Below, one piece after another: positions 20,996 through 30,333 of a stretch of DNA of 64,000 nucleotides (position 1 is the first letter of the stretch; every line of letters starts with the position of its first letter). This stretch comes from Bacteroidia bacterium. GTDB taxonomy: Bacteria; Bacteroidota; Bacteroidia; Chitinophagales; Saprospiraceae. The notes under the pieces were generated by a model. That model saw only the letters and a program-made list of their open reading frames with translations, ran no database searches and was not told the DNA's origin. Location: contig JAHHJQ010000378.1 of assembly GCA_018680005.1 (NCBI GenBank), positions 63 to 64,062 of the forward strand, given 5' to 3'. Made by a program: the position numbers and the translations under genes.

Positions 20996-22555
20996 TCATT
21001 TAGATTCTAGCATAAGTATCGGACATATCATCTCTTCAAGGCTGATACCTCCATGCTGAAAAGTATCTCGATAGTAATTATTATAATAATTATAGTTGTT
21101 AGGGTACAAGAAATATTTATCCTCTCTGGCGAAAATATAGGATGAACTTAAATTGATCTTTGGGAGACCAACTTTTTCAGGTTCTCTGATGGCAAGTACA
21201 TCTTTCTTATCATAGTTCAAATTTCGGCCGAGTTTATATCTTAAATTGGGTGTGGTCTCCCTATCGCCTACAACCTTGCAAGGTTGTTTGACCCTAATAG
21301 TGCCATGATCCGTGGTAACAATCAACCTTATATCCTTATCGGCAATTTTCTCCAAAGCTGAGAACAAAGCAGAATGTTCAAACCATGATTTGGTAAGTGA
21401 ACGATAAGCGGTTTCATCGCTTGCCAACTCTTTGATTACTTCCATTTCGGTCCTTGCATGGGATAATGTATCTATGAAATTGTAAACAATAACCGTCAAA
21501 TCATTCGTCAACGAATTTAGGATATTGTCATTGAGCTGTTTGGCGAGAGTTGTGTTAGTGATTTTAAAATATTCATGTTTGATATCCTTTCTAACAAATC
21601 GTTGAATTTGCTTGGCCAATAAATCGGATTCATGGTTGTTTTTTCCTCCTTCTTCATTATCATTTTTCCACCATTGAGGAAATTGTTTACTAATGCCAAG
21701 AGGCATCATCCCTGCAAAAATTGAGTTCCGACTATATTGTGTAGATGTTGGCAAAATGCTATAAAAATGATCTTCCTCAACTATCCTGAACAAACGACTG
21801 AAAAGGGGTTCCAGAACTTTCCATTGGTCAAATCTGAAATTATCTAATAAAAGAAATACCGTAGGTTTCTTATCTAATTTCGGAAAAACCCAATTGCGAA
21901 AGACATGGGGAGAAAATATCGGAACATCTTGATCTCCGATCTGAGACATCCAATCCGCATAATTATCAATGATGAACTTAGAAAACTCTGCATTGGCTTC
22001 GGTTTTCTGCATGGCCAGAATTTCGGACATCTGTTCCGTACGAGAGGCATCCAATTTCAATTCCCAATTGATGATCTTCTTATATATATCGACCCACTGC
22101 TTATGATCGAGTCGACTATTGATTTCCATCAATATTTGTCGGAATTCCTGTTGGTAATCAGAACTTGTTTTTTCACGAACCAATCTGGTGTTGTCGATGA
22201 TTTTTTTGAGCGTCAAAAGAATCTGATTAGGATTGACTGGTTTTATGAGATAATCAGTAATCTGAGATCCGATTGCTTCTTCCATCAAGTTTTCAGCCTC
22301 ATTCTTGGTGATCATGACAACAGGGAGGAGTGGATGCTTTTCTTTTATCTTGGACAATGTTTCCAAACCCGAAATTCCAGGCATTGACTCGTCCAGAAAT
22401 ACAACATCAAAGTCTTCCGGGCCATTACACTCATCCAATGCATCATGTCCATTGGTGACTGTTGTCACATCATATCCTTTTTGATTTAGGAACATGAGCT
22501 GAGGTTTGAGCATATCGATTTCATCATCGGCCCAAAGAATTTTGATTTTGTCCAT
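20996..22555 (-). CDS. porX: PorX: receiver domain plus PglZ/alkaline-phosphatase-like domain
   Basis: ILWADDE, FLDESMPG receiver; DNFRFDQW, LPTSTQYSRN, TDHG, FQHGGISLEE. Confidence 0.92.
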   Translation of the reverse strand: MDKIKILWADDEIDMLKPQLMFLNQKGYDVTTVTNGHDALDECNGPEDFDVVFLDESMPGISGLETLSKIKEKHPLLPVVMITKNEAENLMEEAIGSQITDYLIKPVNPNQILLTLKKIIDNTRLVREKTSSDYQQEFRQILMEINSRLDHKQWVDIYKKIINWELKLDASRTEQMSEILAMQKTEANAEFSKFIIDNYADWMSQIGDQDVPIFSPHVFRNWVFPKLDKKPTVFLLLDNFRFDQWKVLEPLFSRLFRIVEEDHFYSILPTSTQYSRNSIFAGMMPLGISKQFPQWWKNDNEEGGKNNHESDLLAKQIQRFVRKDIKHEYFKITNTTLAKQLNDNILNSLTNDLTVIVYNFIDTLSHARTEMEVIKELASDETAYRSLTKSWFEHSALFSALEKIADKDIRLIVTTDHGTIRVKQPCKVVGDRETTPNLRYKLGRNLNYDKKDVLAIREPEKVGLPKINLSSSYIFAREDKYFLYPNNYNYYNNYYRDTFQHGGISLEEMICPILMLESK

Positions 22556-22639
22556 TCAGATTATTTAGAAGTGATTTATAGAAGTATAAGGAATTACCAT
22601 ACTTAATGTTGCTATTCCCTCCCTAAAATTTAGAGACCT

Positions 22640-22647
22640 TATATTTG
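22640..22647 (+). promoter_or_regulatory. -7 element TATATTTG upstream of the HD hydrolase
   Basis: TAnnTTTG match. Confidence 0.5.
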
Positions 22648-22701
22648 ACGGCCTAGGTATTAGTGAACCATTGAACGAGAGAAGAATAAGCCTTATTACC
22701 A

Positions 22702-23895
22702 ATGAATAAAAATAAAATTATTAATGATCCGGTATATGGCTTCATTACCATCCCCTATCCTATCCTCTATGACATTGTTGAACATCCCTATTTTCAAAGA
22801 TTAAGAAGAATTCAACAACTCGGGCTCACAAATTACGTCTATCCTGGCGCTCAGCATACTCGATTTGCGCATGCTTTAGGTGCGATGCACCTGATGAATC
22901 GAACTCTTGAAGTTTTACGATCCAAAGGAATTGCCATTTCTAAAGAAGAAGAAATCGGAGCATTGGCAGCCATTCTTCTTCATGACGTTGGTCATGGTCC
23001 GTACTCCCACACCTTAGAACATACAATTCTGGAAGTTCATCATGAAGAACTCTCAAAGATGATCATGTATCATCTCAATGATGAATTGAACGGCCAATTG
23101 GACCTTGCGATCAAGATCTTTAGCGGGAACTATGATCGAGGTTTTTTTCATCAACTGGTTGCCAGCCAACTGGACCTGGATAGAATGGACTATCTCACCA
23201 GAGATAGTTTTTTTACCGGTGTAAGTGAAGGAGTAATAGGTTACAATCGAATCTTAAATATGCTTACAGTGGTGGATGACGAATTAGTCGTCGAAGAGAA
23301 AGGTATCTACAGCATCGAGAAGTACCTGACGGCAAGAAGGATCATGTATTGGCAGACCTATTTGCACAAAACAGTGCTGGCAACAGAAAAAATGCTGGTG
23401 AGTCTGTTGAAAAGATTTAAATCTAAATTTGAAGACTATAACGATTGGTTAATAACACCTTATTTCCGAAGAATATTAGAGGCTAGAACCCAAGCAGATG
23501 TTGACCTGGGTGATTTTGTAAAATTAGATGACTATGACATCATGCTTTTGGTAAAATCCCTGGTTGGACACCCTGATTCAGTATTGCATATTTTAAGTGA
23601 TGGTATCATCAATAGAAGGTTATTCAAAACTATTTTACAGGATAGTCAAATAAAAGATGAAAAACTCGATCGAATAAATGTACAAATCCAACATTCTCTT
23701 AACCTAACTGCTGAAGAATCAAGCTATTTACTACTTTCGGGCACTGAGAGTAACCTAGCCTATACCCTTCATAAAGATCACATCAAAATACTAGGTAAAG
23801 ATGGTGAGATTCGAACGTTTCCTGAGGTACTTGGCACTGGGGTAAACTCACAGCGATTTGCAAAGCATTATCTATGTTATCCAAAATATATGTAA
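22702..23895 (+). CDS. HD-domain phosphohydrolase (SAMHD1/dNTPase-like)
   Basis: DPVYG, FQRLRRIQQLG, HTRFAHALG, LLHDVGHGPYSH, LDLDRMDY. Confidence 0.9.
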   Translation: MNKNKIINDPVYGFITIPYPILYDIVEHPYFQRLRRIQQLGLTNYVYPGAQHTRFAHALGAMHLMNRTLEVLRSKGIAISKEEEIGALAAILLHDVGHGPYSHTLEHTILEVHHEELSKMIMYHLNDELNGQLDLAIKIFSGNYDRGFFHQLVASQLDLDRMDYLTRDSFFTGVSEGVIGYNRILNMLTVVDDELVVEEKGIYSIEKYLTARRIMYWQTYLHKTVLATEKMLVSLLKRFKSKFEDYNDWLITPYFRRILEARTQADVDLGDFVKLDDYDIMLLVKSLVGHPDSVLHILSDGIINRRLFKTILQDSQIKDEKLDRINVQIQHSLNLTAEESSYLLLSGTESNLAYTLHKDHIKILGKDGEIRTFPEVLGTGVNSQRFAKHYLCYPKYM

Positions 23896-23903
23896 TACCT
23901 TTG
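23896..23903 (+). promoter_or_regulatory. -7 element TACCTTTG upstream of the repeat protein
   Basis: TAnnTTTG match immediately after the HD gene stop. Confidence 0.5.
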
Positions 23904-24009
23904 CCGATCCTTCGGGCTTCCTAACTTTTGCAACGCACCTGATTGTAGAACAATCACTATTTAATTAATTATTAATTGACTTTTGTTAATCAAAACCACT
24001 AATTCTATC

Positions 24010-25683
24010 ATGAAAAAATTAAACATTATTATCACTTCTGTGATGATGTTGACATTTACATTCGCTATGGCTCAAACAACGGATGGTTCTTTACCACCAA
24101 ATGCTGAAGCCGGTAAGTGTTATGCGAAATGTCTGATCGCTGATAAGTACGAAACTGTTACACAGACGATTGAGACGAAAGCAGCATCAATGAAGACGGA
24201 AGTTGTGCCTGCAACTTATGAAACTGTAACTGAACGAGTAATGACCAAAGCTGAATCAAGAAAACTTGTTGCTCAGCCAGCTAGTTGGGAAACTGTAACT
24301 GAACGAGTAATGGTCAAACCTGAATCTAAAAGATTGGTTTATGTTCCCGCTAGATTTGAAACTGCCACTGAAAGAATTATGGTCAAGCCTGCTTCAAAAA
24401 GATTGGTCGTAGTTCCTGCTAAATTCGAAACTGTCACGGAAAGAGTAATGGTCAAGCCTGCATTCGCTACATTGTCTGCCGTTCCAGCAAGATTTGAATC
24501 TGGTACTGAAAGAATCCAGTCTAAGCCTGCTTATGAAACCCTTTCTACTACGGCTCCGGTTTTTGAAACAGACCGCGTATCTTATGTAGCCAAAGAAGCG
24601 GGTACAAGACTCGTTCCTGTCGCAGCTCAGTTTTCGACAGAAACTCAATCTTATATCGTTAAGGAAGCTTCAACAAGAATTGAGAAAGTTCCTGCAAAAT
24701 TCGAAACCGTTACCGAAAGAGTAGAAGTTTCACCAGCAACAACACGATGGGAGAAAAAGAGAGCGGATAAAAACTGTCTCTCAGTTGATCCTAACGATTG
24801 TCTTGTGTGGTGTTTGGTAGAAGTACCTGCTACGTACAGAACAGTCACCAAAAGAGTAAGAGTAGGATGTGCGGATGGCTATACTGACAATGGTGAAGAT
24901 TGTACTCGAACAGTTGCGGTTCCAGAAGAAATGGGTTCATATACTCAAAGAGTTGTGAGTAATCCAGCCACTACACGAGAAGAAGTTATCGCTGAAGAAA
25001 CAGCTACATATACTAAGCAGGTACAAGCCTCACCAGCAGGTACTCAGGCTACACAAGTTCCAGCTCAGTTTAAAGATATTGCAGTTCAAACATTAGCCTC
25101 AGATGCTACAACAACGGAATCAGAAGTTGCTGCTGTATACAAAGATGTACAAGTACAGAGATTGGTTTCTCCCGCTACCACTAGAGTAGAAGAAATTCCT
25201 GCTGTATATAAGGATGTTGACGTTCAGAGAATAGTTTCTCCTGCTACAACAAGAGAAGAATCCATTCCTGCTGAATATGCGAATATTACCAGAAGGGTGT
25301 TGAAATCTGCAGCTTCCGTAGCTGAACAAACTATTCCTGCTGAATACTCTAACATTACAAAGCGTACGTTGAAATCAGCTGCAATGGTGAAAACCATCGA
25401 AGTACCTGCAGAATTTGCTACAGTTTCCACCAAGCAATTAGTTTCAAAGGGTGGAATAACTGAATGGAGAGAGGTACTTTGTAGCACTCAGGTGACTTCT
25501 GATAGAATTGCTCAGATTCAAAGAGCTCTTATTGCAAGAGGTTACGATGTTGGAGCTGCTGGCGTTGACAACGTCATGGGAACTGACACTAAGAATGCAT
25601 TGATTCAGTTCCAAAAAGACAATGGTCTGCCAATAGGCGCCCTTGACTTTGAGACTCTGAAAGCACTCGGTGTAAGCTACTAA
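24010..25683 (+). CDS. Secreted 23-aa-repeat protein with C-terminal peptidoglycan-binding domain
   Basis: ATG at 24010 (MKKLNII...AMA|Q signal peptide); PA-x-(Y/F)-x-TV repeats; C-terminal IQRAL...GYD...VDNVMG-x-x-T-x-x-AL-x-x-FQ PG_binding_1 pattern. Confidence 0.88.
   Translation: MKKLNIIITSVMMLTFTFAMAQTTDGSLPPNAEAGKCYAKCLIADKYETVTQTIETKAASMKTEVVPATYETVTERVMTKAESRKLVAQPASWETVTERVMVKPESKRLVYVPARFETATERIMVKPASKRLVVVPAKFETVTERVMVKPAFATLSAVPARFESGTERIQSKPAYETLSTTAPVFETDRVSYVAKEAGTRLVPVAAQFSTETQSYIVKEASTRIEKVPAKFETVTERVEVSPATTRWEKKRADKNCLSVDPNDCLVWCLVEVPATYRTVTKRVRVGCADGYTDNGEDCTRTVAVPEEMGSYTQRVVSNPATTREEVIAEETATYTKQVQASPAGTQATQVPAQFKDIAVQTLASDATTTESEVAAVYKDVQVQRLVSPATTRVEEIPAVYKDVDVQRIVSPATTREESIPAEYANITRRVLKSAASVAEQTIPAEYSNITKRTLKSAAMVKTIEVPAEFATVSTKQLVSKGGITEWREVLCSTQVTSDRIAQIQRALIARGYDVGAAGVDNVMGTDTKNALIQFQKDNGLPIGALDFETLKALGVSY
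24139..25482 (+). repeat. Intragenic 69-bp-period degenerate repeats (9 + 9 units)
   Basis: Unit starts at ORF aa 53,76,...,237 and 282,314,337,...,475; exact 24-nt repeat GAAACTGTAACTGAACGAGTAATG at 24220 and 24289. Confidence 0.9.
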
Positions 25684-25724
25684 GACTATAAGAATGAAAC
25701 CTGATTTACTCAGGTGGATGATAT

Positions 25725-25759
25725 AAAAAAGCCTCGTTGCATTAGTAACGAGGCTTTTT
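25725..25759 (+). terminator. Intrinsic terminator after the repeat protein
   Basis: AAAAAGCCTCGTTGC-ATTA-GTAACGAGGCTTTTT hairpin with T tract. Confidence 0.88.
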
Positions 25760-25896
25760 CAATTTAATATCGTTCTGATAGACATCATCTTTTGCGCAAT
25801 GACCTTGGCGAAAAACTATCAGATAAATATGCAGAATGCTAGTTTGGGTAACTACCTTCATATATTCAAATAAATTACTAGATCTAACAGCAGCAT

Positions 25897-27180
25897 ATGG
25901 ATCAACAAATTCAAAATCTCATACACAAAGAATTACACCGCCAGAGATCTGGGGTTGAACTCATAGCCTCTGAAAACTTTACGAGCCAGGAAGTACTCGA
26001 CGCCATGGGCAGCTGCCTGACCAACAAATACGCCGAAGGCTATCCGGGAAGAAGATATTATGGTGGATGTGAAGTAATTGATGAAATAGAACAACTCGCC
26101 ATTGATAGATTAAAAGATCTTTTTGGTGCTGCCTATGCCAATGTACAGCCACACTCAGGTGCGCAGGCCAATGCAGCTGTCTTTCTTGCTATACTCCAAC
26201 CAGGTGATAAGATTTTAGGATTTGATCTTTCGCACGGTGGACACCTCTCTCATGGATCTCCTGTCAACTTTTCTGGCAAAGTATATAATCCTGTTTTCTA
26301 TGGTGTTGAAGAGGACACCGGCACGATCAATATGGATAAGGTTGAGTCAATAGCATTGAAAGAAAAGCCGAAGTTGATAATCTGTGGAGCCTCCGCTTAT
26401 TCCAGGGATTGGGATTATCCTCGTTTCAGGGCTATTGCTGATAAAGTCGGGGCACTTCTACTGGCTGATATTGCACATCCTGCAGGCCTAATTGCAGCAG
26501 GATTATTAAATGATCCTTTGCCTCACTCTCATATTGTGACATCTACAACACACAAGACACTCAGAGGTCCAAGAGGTGGAATTATTATGATGGGTAATAA
26601 CTTTGATAATCCTTGGGGAAGAACTACAAAGAAAGGGAATCCCATAAAAATGTCTGCAGTCCTTAACAGTGGAGTCTTTCCCGGAATGCAAGGAGGGCCG
26701 CTGGAGCATGTCATTGCCGCCAAAGCCGTCTCATTCAAAGAAGCGAATTCTCCTGAATTTAAAAAATATGGAGAACAAGTTATCAGAAATGCCAAAGCAA
26801 TGGCCAATAGGTTTGTCGAGCTAGGATATAAGCTAATTTCAGGGGGAACCGACAATCATCTTATGCTCCTAGACCTTCGGAATAAAGAACTTACCGGTAA
26901 AATAGCCGAAAATGCATTGGTAAGGGCTGATATTACGGTTAATAAGAATATGGTTCCCTTTGACACTCAGTCCCCCTTCGTTACATCTGGAATCAGAGTT
27001 GGATCACAAGCAATCACCACCAGAGGTCTCAAAGAAGAAGATTGTATTCGAGTAGTGAATTGGATTGATGGAATTCTCATGGATCCTGAAAATAACTCCC
27101 TCACCAAACAAACTCGAATGGAAATTAACGAGTTTATGTCTCAATTTCCTCTGTATGAGTCAAGACCCATATCCGTTTAA
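25897..27180 (+). CDS. glyA: Serine hydroxymethyltransferase
   Basis: [35 protein letters not shown] (PLP Lys). Confidence 0.98.
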   Translation: MDQQIQNLIHKELHRQRSGVELIASENFTSQEVLDAMGSCLTNKYAEGYPGRRYYGGCEVIDEIEQLAIDRLKDLFGAAYANVQPHSGAQANAAVFLAILQPGDKILGFDLSHGGHLSHGSPVNFSGKVYNPVFYGVEEDTGTINMDKVESIALKEKPKLIICGASAYSRDWDYPRFRAIADKVGALLLADIAHPAGLIAAGLLNDPLPHSHIVTSTTHKTLRGPRGGIIMMGNNFDNPWGRTTKKGNPIKMSAVLNSGVFPGMQGGPLEHVIAAKAVSFKEANSPEFKKYGEQVIRNAKAMANRFVELGYKLISGGTDNHLMLLDLRNKELTGKIAENALVRADITVNKNMVPFDTQSPFVTSGIRVGSQAITTRGLKEEDCIRVVNWIDGILMDPENNSLTKQTRMEINEFMSQFPLYESRPISV

Positions 27181-27218
27181 ATAGTGATATTCTTTGATTA
27201 AGAAACAACTAATTCTGG

Positions 27219-29492
27219 ATGCCCAAATTTGCATTTGTGAAGATAGTAGGCTTATTGTTTTTACTCTTCACCACTTTTCATCTTGTCGGACAGGAAACCA
27301 AGGTGCTTCTGGATGGTCATTCTTCTGTTCCAATTGAAGGAGCTATAATTTCAATTCAGGATTCGCTTTTGTCGATAACTGACAACCAGGGGAGATTTGA
27401 TATTGCCAAGGAAATTTCAGACCATATATGGATATCGCACCTTTCTTATCGTGATACAATTTTGATAGGATTTCTACCTGATACCATCTATTTATCTCGC
27501 AATTCAATCCTTCTTGAACCCGTCACAATAAGCTTTGACAAAACCAGTAACCTACGGTCCATTCCAACTCTTGGTTATATATCAACGGATATTAAAACAG
27601 AACATAGCCGTACTGGTATATCTCAATTACTGAATACCATACCAGGGGTCTTTATGCATTCGGGTGCATTAAATACAAATCGAATAACAATTAGAGGTAT
27701 AGGCAGTAGAAATCTTTTTGGAACCGCAAAAATCAAAGCATATCTCAATGATATTCCATTAACCAATGGAGTTGGTGAAACTACAATAGAGGACATGGAT
27801 CTTTCGCTTATTGATAATATTGCGATAGTCAAGGGTCCGACAAGTAGCCTGTATGGTGCAGGTTTAGGTGGCATGATTCATCTGAATACGAAGGGTTCAA
27901 TACAGTCCAACATTGTTCACCTTGAAAGTGGTATTGGTTCTTATGGATTGTTAACCAGTCGTTTAAGCTCTGTGGTAGATATCAATGCAACGAATAGATT
28001 GATCCTGCATTTAAATCAAACAAATTCTGATGGATACAGGGCAAACAATGAATATGACCGCCTCGGATTTAGCCTAATTGGTGAACATCAGTTGAATCCA
28101 GATCTAAATCTTTCATTTATCAATAATTATATTGATCTCAAAGCCAATATACCCAGCTCATTGAATGAAATTGACTTTATTCAAAATCCACAAATAGCAG
28201 CCTCGAACTGGCAATCTGTTAATGGATTTGAAGATTATACCAGATGGATTTGGGGTGTTTCAGGATCCTACAGATTGACCGATAATGCTATTATGAAAGC
28301 GTCAATCTTTTCGACTGACTTTGACTCTTATGAATCCAGACCATTTAACATTCTTCAAGAGGATAGCCAATCCATAGGATTGAGAGCTACGTACAAGCAA
28401 AATCTGGATATTCAGGAAAGACCGATCCTGTCAGTTGAATTTGGTCTGGAAACTTACTATGAATCCTACAATTGGCAGACTTTTGAAACCAATGCGGGCA
28501 TTAAAGAAGGACTGCTGAGTAACAACGATGAAAAAAGAAAATACCTCAATCTTTTTGCTGCTGCACATCTGGATCTTTCCCCTGGTCTGCATGTCCAAGC
28601 CGGTATCAATTATAATAAGACAACTTACGATTATTTGGATCAATTCAATCCAGACATGATCGACCTTTCCGGGAATTATTCATTCGAAGGAACATTGTCT
28701 CCATATATTAATATCAATGCGGATATTGCTCGGGGCAATCCTTCCAATACATTGTTTGTATATGGATTAATCAGCCATGGTTTTTCTCCACCAAACCTGG
28801 AGGAAACTCTCTTGCCGAATGGTCAGATTAATCCCAATATACAACCTGAAAAAGGTATAAATTATGAAATTGGACTAAAAGGTACATTTTCGGAAAATTT
28901 CAAAATCAATATTTCCGGATATGCCATGACTGTAAAAGATCTTCTTGTAGCCAGAAGAACATCCGCGGATCAATTTATAGGCATCAATGCAGGTAAAACA
29001 CAACACAATGGAATAGAAATGTCTGCGGGAACAAATTGGTCCATCGGAAAAATACAATTTGAATTTATTACCGATCTGGCGTTTCAAGAATTCGAGTTCA
29101 AGGAATTCATAGAAGATAGTATTGATTATTCAGGAAACAAGCTCACAGGCACACCTTCATATCAAATAAGGACAGAACTAAAAACGGAACCTATAGATGG
29201 TTTGAAAATAGGGATTGGCAACTTTGCGGTGGGTTCTCAATACTTACGAGATGATAATTCAATTGAGTCTGACCCATATTCTATTTGGCATACTTTCATT
29301 CTATATGATTTCGATTTGTCTCCAAAGTGGAACCTTAACATTCTGGGACGGCTCGAAAATCTCTTTGATCAAGAATATGCCTCTATGCTTTTGATCAATG
29401 CAGGTTCCTTTGGTGGCAGTCTTCCAAGATATTATTATCCTGGATTGCCGCGAAATCACTATTTCTCCGTTACGGTAACTTATCAGTTTTGA
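27219..29492 (+). CDS. TonB-dependent receptor
   Basis: Signal peptide; plug ITIRGIG...KGPTSSLYG; LENLFD; terminal Phe (YQF). Confidence 0.92.
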   Translation: MPKFAFVKIVGLLFLLFTTFHLVGQETKVLLDGHSSVPIEGAIISIQDSLLSITDNQGRFDIAKEISDHIWISHLSYRDTILIGFLPDTIYLSRNSILLEPVTISFDKTSNLRSIPTLGYISTDIKTEHSRTGISQLLNTIPGVFMHSGALNTNRITIRGIGSRNLFGTAKIKAYLNDIPLTNGVGETTIEDMDLSLIDNIAIVKGPTSSLYGAGLGGMIHLNTKGSIQSNIVHLESGIGSYGLLTSRLSSVVDINATNRLILHLNQTNSDGYRANNEYDRLGFSLIGEHQLNPDLNLSFINNYIDLKANIPSSLNEIDFIQNPQIAASNWQSVNGFEDYTRWIWGVSGSYRLTDNAIMKASIFSTDFDSYESRPFNILQEDSQSIGLRATYKQNLDIQERPILSVEFGLETYYESYNWQTFETNAGIKEGLLSNNDEKRKYLNLFAAAHLDLSPGLHVQAGINYNKTTYDYLDQFNPDMIDLSGNYSFEGTLSPYININADIARGNPSNTLFVYGLISHGFSPPNLEETLLPNGQINPNIQPEKGINYEIGLKGTFSENFKINISGYAMTVKDLLVARRTSADQFIGINAGKTQHNGIEMSAGTNWSIGKIQFEFITDLAFQEFEFKEFIEDSIDYSGNKLTGTPSYQIRTELKTEPIDGLKIGIGNFAVGSQYLRDDNSIESDPYSIWHTFILYDFDLSPKWNLNILGRLENLFDQEYASMLLINAGSFGGSLPRYYYPGLPRNHYFSVTVTYQF

Positions 29493-30231
29493 TATACGGA
29501 TAACGCACCTCAGTAAGGAACAATCCATGTGGTTTAACACTAAGTGGTTGCTGAAGTATTCTTTGCATTTCCATATCGTCGCGCACTTCATCCAGAGTCA
29601 ATTTTCCAATAGAAACGTTTAGACACATACCGACTATCAATCTCACCATCCCTCTCAGAAATCTGTTTGCGGATATTTCAAATATCAATTCATTGCCCTC
29701 TCCTGATTTTGTCCAGGATGCATGTCTGATTTTACATTTATAGTTTTTGACATCAGATTTCGTTTTGCAGAAAGGGAAGAAGTCTTCATACTGCAACAAT
29801 AAATTGGATGCCTTCTGAAGGGATTCAAATTCTATTTGATTAAAAAATGGAAAATGGTAAACCGTTTCCCTCCGAAAAGGATCTTTTTTAGCAGTTAAGA
29901 AATACTTATAAGAACGGAATATTGCATCATATCTAGCGTGCGCTTCTGCGTGGACAGGGATTATATCTATGATGACAATGTCGTCAGATAGTATGCCATT
30001 CAATTTATGGACAAATCCATAATCTAAGGTTGCATCGCTATCAAAATGCATGTAGAATTCGCTTGCATGAACTCCGGAATCGGTTCGACCACATCCCACA
30101 ATTTCGATTGTCATTCTTAATACTTTGGAAAGGGTGTCTTCAATCTCTGCCTGAATAGTAGTAGCATTCGGTTGACGTTGCCAGCCACTATATCTTGTAC
30201 CATTATATTGAATCAATCCAAAGTACCGCAC
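29470..30231 (-). CDS. truA: tRNA pseudouridine(38-40) synthase
   Basis: YNGTRYSGWQ, GCGRTDSGVHA, RFLRGMVR; start placed at GTG 30231 (VRYF). Confidence 0.95.
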   Translation of the reverse strand: MRYFGLIQYNGTRYSGWQRQPNATTIQAEIEDTLSKVLRMTIEIVGCGRTDSGVHASEFYMHFDSDATLDYGFVHKLNGILSDDIVIIDIIPVHAEAHARYDAIFRSYKYFLTAKKDPFRRETVYHFPFFNQIEFESLQKASNLLLQYEDFFPFCKTKSDVKNYKCKIRHASWTKSGEGNELIFEISANRFLRGMVRLIVGMCLNVSIGKLTLDEVRDDMEMQRILQQPLSVKPHGLFLTEVRYPYIKTDKLP

Positions 30232-30251
30232 TGAGATAATTAAACGAGGAT

Positions 30252-30283
30252 AAAGTAAAAGCACTCCTAAGAGAGAGGAGTGC
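30252..30283 (-). terminator. Intrinsic terminator after clpX
   Basis: Minus strand GCACTCCT-CTCTCTT-AGGAGTGC-TTTTACTTT. Confidence 0.75.
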
Positions 30284-30285
30284 CA

Positions 30286-30293
30286 CAAATGTA
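30286..30293 (-). promoter_or_regulatory. -7 element TACATTTG for truA
   Basis: TAnnTTTG match abutting the clpX terminator stem. Confidence 0.45.
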
Positions 30294-30333
30294 AAAGAGT
30301 TCATTTATAATTCTGGTGCCATTTAAACCATTA

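Noticed and set aside
20996..22555. PglZ domain as a BREX defence system
   Set aside because: It is fused to a receiver domain (PorX architecture) and no brxC/pglX/brxL genes are nearby
22561..22583. TTATTTAGAAGTGATTTATAGAA as a Fur-like box before porX, and a similar ATTTAGAGTTTTTAAAT before serA
   Set aside because: Arms are too imperfect to distinguish from AT-rich background
24139..25482. Periodic DNA repeats as a CRISPR array
   Set aside because: The 69-bp period is in frame within a protein, degenerate at codon third positions, with no unique spacers or cas genes
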